A DNA stretch of 64,000 nt from the NCBI RefSeq assembly GCF_001194135.2, contig NC_068990.1:93004958-93068957 (forward strand), written 5' to 3'. Shown here piece by piece: positions 52,537 through 64,000 of the stretch. The notes beneath the pieces are model-generated. The model ran no database searches. It was not told the origin of the DNA and worked only from the letters and a program-made list of their open reading frames with translations. The DNA comes from Octopus bimaculoides (lineage: Eukaryota). Position 1 is the first letter of the stretch; each line of letters opens with the position of its first letter. The position numbers and the translations under genes were made by a program.

Positions 52537-53003
52537 TTCAAACAAACAGGCCCACAAATAACCTCACTTATTGAACGTATGCACACTTACGTACCCATAC
52601 ACACACGCACGCACGCACGAAACCATTGACATAGCCGCACACATACACACACGCAAACAAAACAACGAGTGAGCCTCACTGATAACTTGATCCGCTAGAA
52701 ATAGCAACTAACACTCCCTCAAATTCCACCCTACTTTCTCCATCCAGGAAGCACACATGCAGTGAGGTAGTCATACACTATGAGTGAATCGGAGGCAGGA
52801 TGCTCACGGGCGGAACGGTTTTGGTTATAAGTCTTTTCGATCGGGGAAGATCCAGTAACATATTACATCACACACACACACACACACACTCACATACACA
52901 CATACACACACACGCAAATACATTCTTAAATGAACTTCATTCGTATTTATTCGCTCATACACGTACGATACACACATACAAATACACGAACGCACGCACG
53001 CAT

Positions 53004-53039
<36 letters not shown>

Positions 53040-53406
53040 GTATTCGCTTACAAGCCTGCTAGAAATAACAGCCGAATCTCTCTTAAATCAGACCCTACCA
53101 TCTTAAATAAAGAGTGCACGGATGTAGTCCCAGGTTACACACACACACACACACACAAATATATGTGCATGCATACGCATACATACATGCATACATACAT
53201 ACGTACATACATACATACATACATAAACGTAACGGAGTGGTCAAGATTGACCTGTGGCTAAAGCACAACAAACACCGTGAAACATCTCATCCTCTTTTCC
53301 TCTCTCTCTCTCTCCCTCTCTCACTCTTTCTTATATACACACACACACCTACACACATACATTCACATACATGTACTACACACGCAATTTAGTAAATCAT
53401 GTAATG

Positions 53407-53443
<37 letters not shown>

Positions 53444-54098
53444 ACAAACTACATATACACACATCCTTCCGTACGGTAACCAACACATACATTCGTAAAT
53501 CTTACACGGAACGCTTAAATACCATAGTGAGCATAACACCACACACACACACACACACACACCGGCACGTACACACACTAGTTCGTCCGTCGCATAGAAC
53601 TTTGAAGGCAGTCACACTCACACACACACACACACTCAAATACACGCGCGCGCTTACTAATAGCCAAAGCCACACACGCACACAACCACACTCATATATA
53701 ATATATAACGATATACACGTATAGCAATAAATATATATATATACATACATATAAGTAGCGATAACCAGCTTTATTTACATACACACACATATGCACAGAC
53801 ACACACACATACACACTACGCACGGACGCGCGCGCGCATAGATGCACTCACAGTCTCACTCATGCATACATACACAATCCCGCATACCATAAGCTCAGCT
53901 ACTCACATAGACACACACATTCATACAGCATTACATACGGCTACGAGCACAGCTACACTCACACACACACATACACACGCACACACCGCTGATATAAGAG
54001 CCACACTCACACATACACATTTAAACACAAACACCAATAGCCGTATCCACTAACGCACACATGTACATACAGCAACGTACACAAAGCCAAACACACAC

Positions 54099-54165
<67 letters not shown>

Positions 54166-54507
54166 TGCTTGTATATACCTATACGTACACATTTACAGAC
54201 CCATAGGTGTATCCACACACGCACGCACACATACGTAAACGTATACACAGCCACGCATACGGCCATAAGCAGAGTCACTCATACAGCCACTCACACATCC
54301 ACTCACTCACACACAAAAAGCCACATACATCCGTCAGTGTCGACAATCTATTTATTGTAAAGCTATGCGTTGGATACATGTGGCTGTCTGTCACTTGAAG
54401 TATCTCGAACACCATAACACAGCAACATGTGTGTTGTCAGTACACACCTGTGTGTCTCGTGTACACACCTCTAGACGGACATAACTTACCCAAACTCATA
54501 TACATAC

Positions 54508-54572
<65 letters not shown>

Positions 54573-55482
54573 CATGCATGTATGTTTGGATATGTACATG
54601 TTTGTATGTAGTATGTTTGGGTTTACGAGCGGAAAAAAAGAACTCAATACGTGACGCAGAGTGTATATAATATTTTCTGAAATTTGCTACTGGAGTTACT
54701 CAAAGGCCGAGGATTTCGTGTCAAGGTACACAACCTATATTTATACATATGTATTTATACATACAAACACACAATTTTTGCATGCATATCCGCACGAACA
54801 AGTATATATGCTAATGTTTTCATATACACACGCTTATGCACACACACATATATATTATATGTATGTATGTATGTATGTATGTATTTATTCGTATATGCAT
54901 ATGTACGTGCACACAACTATCTCGACTTAAGAGAAATAATAGCGTATACTTAAAACAACTCTGAACATAATACATATATACACAAATACAAACACTCACA
55001 CACTCACAGACATTACACACACACACACACACACACAGTTCATTGCACGCACACGTTCATATACATATATCGTTATACATTTTATATTTTTACACACACG
55101 CACACATACACACACACACACACACACACTCCTTCAACACTCAGAAAAGAGAGAGAGAGAGAGAGAGAGAGAAGAAAGTAAAAAGAAAAAGAGAAAAGAG
55201 GAGAAAATAACAGATGAGAAATATAGTGTAGGTGGTGATGGTGGTGGTAGTGGTGAGAGGGAGAGAGAAAGAAAATGAGAGAGGGTGAGAGAGAGGCTTG
55301 TGTGGTTTTATTAGTTCAGTAGGATGTTGTTGAGGTTCGATTCTCAGTGCTGTCACGTTTAACCCCGCTCAGACAGATCACAGAACTAATCACAACAACA
55401 ACCACACTTCATCCATCTTCCTATATACACCAGATTCAACGTGGATTTCTCAGTATTAACGGATAAACTACGAACTAACTTG

Positions 55483-55674
55483 ATGGGTTGTGCACCCAGC
55501 ATACGTGGGTCCCGACCTGGCTACTGTCGGGACCGAGCCGATGACTCGAACTCGTCACCGGTGGCCAGGTCACAACCGAAGTTAAGTCGCTTCTTCCCCA
55601 TGTCACACGCGTTACGCTCCGGCAATTTACCCACGGATAACCCGGAGATCGACGAACCACCACCCAATGAACAG
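55483..55674 (+). CDS. PDE8: First coding exon of a PDE8-family cAMP-specific phosphodiesterase
   Basis: Encodes MGCAPSIRGSRPGYCRDRADDSNSSP...NEQ, similar to the recalled vertebrate PDE8B N-terminus [26 protein letters not shown]. 192 nt, phase-0 donor CAG|gtaagt, possible acceptor at 55431-33. Confidence 0.85.
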
Positions 55675-56249
55675 GTAAGTTTGTCTTTCTCGACACCTTT
55701 CTATATACGATGTATGTGTGTGTGTATAAATATATCAGTACCTTGCTGTGCACCTGTATGCATGCATTTAATTGCTATCATGTTCATATATGTATATACA
55801 TACATACATACATACATACATACATACTTACATTCATGCATACATACACATGTATATATATAAACATGTAATGATGATGTTGCTACACATATATAAGCGT
55901 GCGTGTGTTTGTGTGCAGAAACACATGCATACACATATGGATGCATGTGTATATCTATCAATCTATTTATTATTATTCATCCATGCATAATATTTATATA
56001 CGTGCATATGTGCACACGCACACACATATCTATATGCCTATATTGTTAATACAGTAATTTTTCGCGCGTACACACATATGCAAATATATGCTTATCTCTT
56101 TCTCTCTTTCTTTCGCTATATATATATATATATATATNNNNNNNNNNNNNNNNNNNNNNNNNNNNNNNNNNNNNNNNNNNNNNNNNNNNNNNNNNNNNNN
56201 NNNNNNNNNNNNNNNNNNNNNNNNNNNNNNNNNNNNNNNNNNNNNNNNN

Positions 56250-56286
<37 letters not shown>

Positions 56287-56661
56287 CACATTTACATACA
56301 TACATGGGTAACTGTTAATGTCTGCATAAATATTATTGCTGTAATACTACTAATGCTCAAAATACACAATCCTACTCACCCAGTACGAATTATGAGTAGG
56401 TGTATATAGTCATTATATGTATGTATATTTATGTATGTGTGTATAGATAGAGTTGGGGGTACATATGCATACGTATGTGTGCATGCATGTGACACTACAT
56501 ATATGCATGCATGCATACACACATACATACATATATATAAATAAACGCGTGCACTACATAATATATAAAGTTACATGAACAATACATTAGTTTGTAATTA
56601 TTTCATTGATGTTTTCCCCGCTCAATGTTTACATTTTATTTACACACACACGCACACACGC

Positions 56662-56700
<39 letters not shown>

Positions 56701-57746
56701 GATATACATGGACATTCACTCTTTCTCTCACACACTCTTTATCTTTCTCTTTCTCTTTTCCTCTCAAGCTTTCTCTCACTAATATTCACACAATCACCTT
56801 CTCTCTCTTTCTTTCTCTCTTTCTCTGTCTTACTACACGTATGTTTGTGTTTGTGTGTGTGTGTGTGTAATGTGTCAGTGTGTATGTGTGTGTGTCGCAA
56901 TCAGCTTTCTTTTGTAACACCCGCAAGCACGTACGCACACATTAAACTCGTGCATACACAAACATTCATACACACACACACACACACATACGCGCGCGCA
57001 CGCATACTGTACTTCCCGTTCTGTCTATTCCTCTACCTCTCACTTCCTCTCTCTCTCTCTCTCTGTCATATATATACACACACATATATACATACGCACA
57101 CAGTCACACATATATCCATACTTACATACATGCACATAACACACACATCCATACATGCATATATATATATTATATGTGTGTATATATACGTATTTGTTTC
57201 CGTCTCTCCGTCTTTCTATAGACTCGTGTCTCTTACACTGGATATATATATATATGTATATATCTGTGTGATCCCCAGCTCAATAAACAAGGATTACCTA
57301 ACAAAGTTTCGTTACAACAACAACGTGAATAACCAGCAACAATATAGATCAGGTGTCATCGCCTCCACCCTGTCCACTCTGCCCTAGATTCCGTACCCGT
57401 TACCCTCTCATCATCATCATCATCGTCACCATCACTACAGTCAAGTTCGTCCTTCACATGTAAACTTCTATATTTCAAAAACATCATCTTTACTGCTTTA
57501 TCTTACATCATTACTATTCACCCACGCTACTTCTCTTCCTCCGCCTCTTCATTCTCTCCACATCATACGTTCCTCTCTCTTCTTCTCTCTCTTCCTTCCC
57601 CTCTCCTGTTCTCTGTCTCTGTTTCTCTCCTTCTGTCTTCTTCCCTTTCGCTTCCTCTCTCTCTTCTTCTTACTTTTTCTCTGCCGTCCCTCCCCTCTCG
57701 TATTTTTCTCTCTTATTCCCTCTTTCCCTATCCCTTTCCATCCCTG

Positions 57747-57804
<58 letters not shown>

Positions 57805-57829
57805 CGCACCTTTAACGATATTTATTTGG

Positions 57830-58050
57830 CAGAAACGAAAGAGCGTCGGACAATATGTCTTACGGAATTTAGCTGCATTTCTTTTCTTTTTTTTGTTCTG
57901 AGTTCAAATCCTGTTCAGGTCTGTAAACTTTGCCTTTAAGGCCTGAAATCAATAAATAAAGTATCCGTCGAGTACTGGAATCGATATCATCGATTGTACC
58001 CCCTCCTTTCTCTCCGCACAAAATGTGTGGCTTTCGACCAATATTAGAAA
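57830..58050 (+). mobile_element. Diverged family-B SINE in the PDE8 intron
   Basis: ttggcagaaacg...gttctgagttcaaatcc...ctttgcctt...cacaaaatgtgtggc. Confidence 0.75.
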
Positions 58051-59608
58051 TCGATATTATTAGAAATACAAGCGATCGGCCTTGTATCCTTAACTCGAGA
58101 TATGTCATACTTTACAAGGAAGAGGTAGTTCTGTGATGTTTTGGTGTTCGTGCCTTTATCGAGAAAGGAAACTGGCTTCTTTGACGACTAAAAGACATAA
58201 GTCAATGTGGTGGCCACTAAGTGGATACTTTAGGTGTCTACGTAGGGTTCCTTCCTTCCTAACCATGTCTGCCTGTCCTTCTCTCTCTCCCTCCCTCTCT
58301 GACCAAAAAACTTTAACCCGGGATATGTTTCATGTTGTTCTGTCGATCGTTATTTTTGTTATGATCCTTGATACAGTCCTAGTTGTTGTCGGTTGAGTTG
58401 TTGTTGCTATGGCTATGGCTATGGTTGTTGGTGTTGTTATAGTTGTTGTTGTCTAGATCGTATATATGGTATAGGTTCTTACAATGCCTGATGGTGCTAT
58501 TAAATATACGGCACTGCCCCTTCCATCATCAGCTTAATATGACCTCACCGCTACTATTTTTGCTTCTAACACCCTGATAAGTGAAGCAGTTACCCAAAGA
58601 CCCGCACCTTGTAAAAGTTCTTTGACCCCGATCTTATTCGGTGGTACCTGAATGTGGGTAACGTGCCTTCATGTCTTCCCGTGGGTACCGTGCCTTGGTG
58701 GTCTTTTTCTCCTCCTCTGCCTGTTTGTTGTCTGCGATTCTTACTAAACACTCTGAAAGCATCATGGCTCTGAAGAATTATTTTGGATGAAGTTCTACAT
58801 TTCAAGTTTTTCAGGGATATATATATATATANNNNNNNNNNNNNNNNNNNNNNNNNNNNNNNNNNNNNNNNNNNNNNNNNNNNNNNNNNNNNNNNNNNNN
58901 NNNNNNNNNNNNNNNNNNNNNNNNNNNNNNNNNNNNNNNNNNNNNNNNNNNNNNNNNNNNNNNNNNNNNNNNNNNNNNNNNNNNNNNNNNNNNNNNNNNN
59001 NNNNNNNNNNNNNNNNNNNNNNNNNNNNNNNNNNNNNNNNNNNNNNNNNNNNNNNNNNNNNNNNNNNNNNNNNNNNNNNNNNNNNNNNNNNNNNNNNNNN
59101 NNNNNNNNNNNNNNNNNNNNNNNNNNNNNNNNNNNNNNNNNNNNNNNNNNNNNNNNNNNNNNNNNNNNNNNNNNNNNNNNNNNNNNNNNNNNNNNNNNNN
59201 NNNNNNNNNNNNNNNNNNNNNNNNNNNNNNNNNNNNNNNNNNNNNNNNNNNNNNNNNNNNNNNNNNNNNNNNNNNNNNNNNNNNNNNNNNNNNNNNNNNN
59301 NNNNNNNNNNNNNNNNNNNNNNNNNNNNNNNNNNNNNNNNNNNNNNNNNNNNNNNNNNNNNNNNNNNNNNNNNNNNNNNNNNNNNNNNNNNNNNNNNNNN
59401 NNNNNNNNNNNNNNNNNNNNNNNNNNNNNNNNNNNNNNNNNNNNNNNNNNNNNNNNNNNNNNNNNNNNNNNNNNNNNNNNNNNNNNNNNNNNNNNNNNNN
59501 NNNNNNNNNNNNNNNNNNNNNNNNNNNNNNNNNNNNNNNNNNNNNNNNNNNNNNNNNNNNNNNNNNNNNNNNNNNNNNNNNNNNNNNNNNNNNNNNNNNN
59601 NNNNNNNN

Positions 59609-59639
<31 letters not shown>

Positions 59640-60549
59640 TACATATACATATGATGATGGTGATGATGGGTGTGTTTCTTCTCGATCTGATCTGATGGGT
59701 ACCAACTGATTTCGGAACTTATGTAATTGTATTGAGGCCGCCTCCCCACTTCTGCCGTGCGACTCCCAACCAGGCTAAACGGTGCAGAAATGCCCATCTC
59801 TTTCTCTCTGCAGCTTCGGCTAAGTTTACCACCGCCACCAGCACCGCCACCGCCACCGGCACCGCCACCGCTACTGCTACTGCTGCTGCTGCTGCTGCTG
59901 CGATTGCTTCGGCTGCTGCTGATGTTTTAGTTTAGTCGTACTAAGTTTCACTTCTCGATGTTGTTGTTGGTGTTGTTACAATTCAGACATTGCTGCAGCT
60001 ATTACTGCAGTCACTGCAGTTATTGTTGGCACTGGTGCAAACATTGTCACCGTTGTTGTTGTTGTTGCTTGTTGTTCAGACCAAGTCACTCCTGAATGAA
60101 CTACATCGATGACCAAAGACTCTCCAGCCGTGACCATCGCATATATATATATATCTCAATGTGTTATGTAGCGTGATAAGTGGGAAATTTGGCTGCTATT
60201 TCTGGCAGATGGACCGACCACACGAAGACTTCCTTGTTGACTCGTATTTGCCATGGATGTCGTCGTCGTCGTTGTTGTTGTTAATGATGACAGCAGTGTT
60301 TGGTAGAGCGCCGAAGCCGTAGTTCTTTTTGTTCTGATTTCAATTCCAGCTGCTGTCTTTTTTTTGGTTCATCCTTCAGGGTTCGATCAAATGAAGTAGC
60401 ACTGATGTGGTGAGGTCGATACAACCGGCTCCTTTACTCACCAACTCCAAACATATTTTTTGCTGCTGTTGTTGTTGTTGTTGATGTAAGCAAGCCAGTT
60501 CCAAGACTTTACAACTCCCGGTCACACACACACACACACACTGCAACTA

Positions 60550-60727
60550 CCATATTTACACTCGTTTATATAAGTCGCACCCTAATTTTCTGTCAAATTT
60601 CGGTACCAATTTTTTTCATTTCGTATTCAAGCTTGATATCCGCTTTGCCCCGTGTGTCAGTCGCACCTTAATTTTTTCCACTTAAAATCAAGTCTAAATA
60701 GTGCGTTTTATACACGAGTAAATACGG
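60550..60727. mobile_element. pogo/Tigger-like MITE
   Basis: TIRs ccatatttacactcgtttatataagtcgcac and gtgcgttttatacacgagtaaatacgg, TA on the left flank, internal repeated gtcgcacc(c/t)taattt. Confidence 0.7.
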
Positions 60728-61624
60728 AATCTCTCTCACACGTTTTATTTATCTTACTCCCATTCTCTCTTCCTGACCCCTCTCTTCCGCTCACACATTT
60801 ATTCTCTTCATCTTCCATAACAAAACAACAAATGACACAGTGATGGCTTGTTGCCAACTTAATATGGAAGTCCCAGGAAAGGGAAGAATGTTACTGTTAT
60901 GTAGCCTCAAGAAACACCGTTTCAACTTGGCTACGTGATACAAGCGTTCTGTGTCCTTTTCCTCCTATCCTCTTGTTTTATGCTGTCTTTTTGATAAAAT
61001 AAAATACCAGTCATGTACTGAGGTTGATGTAATCGACTAAACTCTCTTCCCTCAAAATAGCTTCCTTAATTAGAAACAACTTTTAACGAAGCAAGTTGGC
61101 AGAGTCATTAGAGCATTGAACAAGATGCTTTGTGTCATCTCTTTCCATTCTGGGTTCAAATCTTGCTGAGGCCAACTTTGCCTTGCATCCTTTGAGGGGT
61201 GAGGAGGGGTTGATAAAAGAAAGTACCTGTGTCATATTGATAGATAGATAGATACAGAAAGACAGAGAGAGAGAGAGAGATAGATAGGCAGACTGATACA
61301 CTGAGAGTCAAACAGTTTTGAATATTATATTATTAGAATAGCACAGTAACAATAATATCCAAGTGGTGTCCACGCGACTATCTGAATATCTGGTCATGGA
61401 ACTGACCACTCGACAAGTTGACTGATGAAAAACCCCTCAGGGGGATCCTTCAACATGCGACTACAATATGGTCTCACAAATAATGGTGTTCTAATCTACT
61501 CAGCTGTCAGGATTTAAGTTTAATCAACAGACACAGAGACAAAAAGTGGCGGGGGGGGGGATGTGATGACGATTAGGAATAACAGGAATAAGGCTGAGGG
61601 AAAATATGTCAGGAGAATGTTTTT

Positions 61625-61790
61625 GTGGCTGGGTTTGGCTGTGTGGTAAGAAGCTTGCTTTTTGGGTCTCGTGGTTCTGGTTTCAGTCTCACTGTGTGGC
61701 ACCTTGGGCAAGTGTCTTCTGCTATAGCCTCTGGCTGACCAAACACTTGGGAGTGGATTTGGTAGATGGAAATATATATATATATATAAA
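61625..61790 (+). mobile_element. Family-A SINE, 5' half
   Basis: tggctgtgtggtaagaagcttgc...ggtttcagtctcactg...gtggatttggtagatggaaa. Confidence 0.85.
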
Positions 61791-62911
61791 ACAAAAAATA
61801 CATACACATATATATATCTGTAAATAATATGTGACAATTATTCGGTAGCCATGATAAAACTCTGAGTTTCAGATGTCAGGGCGGAAACCCATGCCGCCAT
61901 CTCTTTGGTTATCAGGCCAGCTGGTTATACAACACGACCTGTGCCCTTATATTTTTGAACAAGGGAATCTAGCACCCCAACCCAGCTCAAAACAATATCT
62001 GTGTTTCGCGATTTCCAGGTTATCTTTCCTTCATATAATTCTAAGTCCTCGTCAAAGTGAATGCCAGGGTGCCGGTGTTTGGGGTTGTTGGTAAGACAAG
62101 ACCATAGCAATCTATTGCTCTCTCTCTCCACTTTTGGCACAGGACTGTAGATTTTGGAAAGGATATCTTCAAGAGACCCATGTATATTATTGGTACTTTA
62201 TATGTGATGAAAGACAGAACCAGCCAATTGCACAATTAAAACTCAAAATATAAAGGGCAGCGGGAAATACCACTAGGTATTTAGTAAAAGTCACCTGGTT
62301 CCTATGGCGTCTAAGTGACAAGACACACAACATTCTTTCTCTGAATGGATGCGAGTGTGTCAAAGGGTTACCCATTCGCGGCTGAAGGCACTGGAGCAAT
62401 GTAAAAAGGGGAGAGAGAGAAAGTGAGAGGGAGAGAAAGAGAGAGAAAGAAGGAATGAAAGAGTAAGAGAGAGGAGAGAGAGAGAGAGTCTTGGTGAAGG
62501 ACACAATCCACTGCCTGGTCTTGGAATCTTGCAATCATGAGTGCCACAGCCTGACCATTGGGCCAGGGGCCTTCACCAGATATTTAGTCTGTTATTCTCC
62601 TCTTTCTGCCATTCCATGACCTTCCCTCTAGACTGTTCCAATTGACACTATACTGTCTTTCGCTCACACTGATTGTGTTTGTGATCAAAGCAAAGACCAG
62701 GACTGTCTTAGAGCACCGAGTGAAACCAAAATTTCCAGAAAGACTGTCGTTAATCTGAATCAGATTTGGCAAACAAAGAATTTTCCAAGACATTTGCAAT
62801 GTTTTTTTTCTTCTCTCTTTTGCTTTGGTTTTCTTCTTTTTCTTTTTCATAAGTTTGTCTCCAGGAAGAAAACATCCTCTGAATAGCGCCATATCTAAAA
62901 CAGAAACAAGA

Positions 62912-62948
<37 letters not shown>

Positions 62949-63929
62949 AGAGATAGAGAGAGAGAGAGAGAGAGAGGAAAGAAAGGGAGAGAGAGGGAGA
63001 GGGAGAGAGAGAAAGTGAAAGAGAAAGATAGAAGGAGAGAAAGGGAGAGAAAGAAGGAGTGAGAGAGTAAGAGAGAGGGAGAGAAAGAGATAGGGAGAGA
63101 AAGCGAGTGAAAGAGGGAGAGAGAGAAAGTAAAAGAGAAAGAGAGAGGGAGAGCAAGAGAGAGAGAGAGAGAGAGAGAGTGAAAGAGAAAGTGGGAGAGA
63201 AAGAAAGAAAAAGTGGGAGAGAAAGAGAGATAGAGAGATTAAAATCAGAGATTAGTTACCGTTATTGAAAAGTAGCAAAGTAAATAATGGAGAGACGTCT
63301 TTCCCTTTGGCATCGTTAGATTCCAAGGTTTTTTCCTTCTCCATTTCTACAGATAAACAATAGAAGAATACTTGTTGGGGAATGGTACCACAATTCAACA
63401 TATCGTAGAATAAGTCTGATTAATTTTATAGTGAGGAGCCAGAGGCTTTACTATTTAACCATTGTTTAAAAACCATCTCGGCTTTGTGTATCATTGTTGA
63501 ATGTGTGGGTGTGTATGTATGTGCGTGTTTTATGAGTGTACGAGTACTTGTGTGTGTGTGTGTGTGTGAATAAGTGAGAGAGAGGGAGAGAGAGAGAGAA
63601 GTGATAGAGTTATTTTCTCTCTGGAATACTGGTTTGCTTAAAAATAACAACATTATCCACTTAACAGTTTGAAGCAAAATTGTATGTTTAAGTTGAAGAC
63701 AACACACAGACACACACATGCATACACACAGACACACACACTTGCATACATATGTACTCATGCGCACATATGTCATCATCATCATCATTGTTAACATCCA
63801 CTTTTCCTTGCTGGTGTGGATCATACAGAATACAGAATTCATTGGGGGTAGATTTTCTACTCTGTCACCAACCCTCACCTGTTTCTGTATAAGGTAATAT
63901 TTACATATATGCATGTGTGTGTGTGTGTT

Positions 63930-64000
<71 letters not shown>

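Noticed and set aside
59732-59935. Ala/Thr-rich ORF in the PDE8 intron with an acceptor-like site
   Set aside because: Trinucleotide repeats, no PDE8 similarity and no good donor.

Overview
This is AT-rich, gap-ridden eukaryotic DNA packed with microsatellites and tRNA-derived SINEs. The repeat families look like an Octopus/cephalopod genome, which I infer from repeat content only. Nearly all ORFs in the supplied track are artefacts of N-gaps and microsatellites. Two host coding signals are supported. One is the first coding exon of a PDE8-family cAMP phosphodiesterase (55483-55674, +). The other is a compact, phase-consistent five-exon segment of an unrecognised gene (23688-25167, +). The rest is decayed transposons: Helitron, Penelope-like (PLE), mariner/Tc1, MULE, R4/Dong-like and other LINE fragments, and MITEs. 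The most interesting hidden signal is a set of type I minimal hammerhead-ribozyme motifs from several unrelated sequence families. One has an intact core (18810-18852). Another sits in a tRNA-headed SINE bounded by inverted repeats that seems to derive from a head-to-head palindromic dimer (29489-29763, related copy 19685-19876). No rRNA, CRISPR or convincing functional tRNA was seen. All calls come from reading by eye, without database searches.
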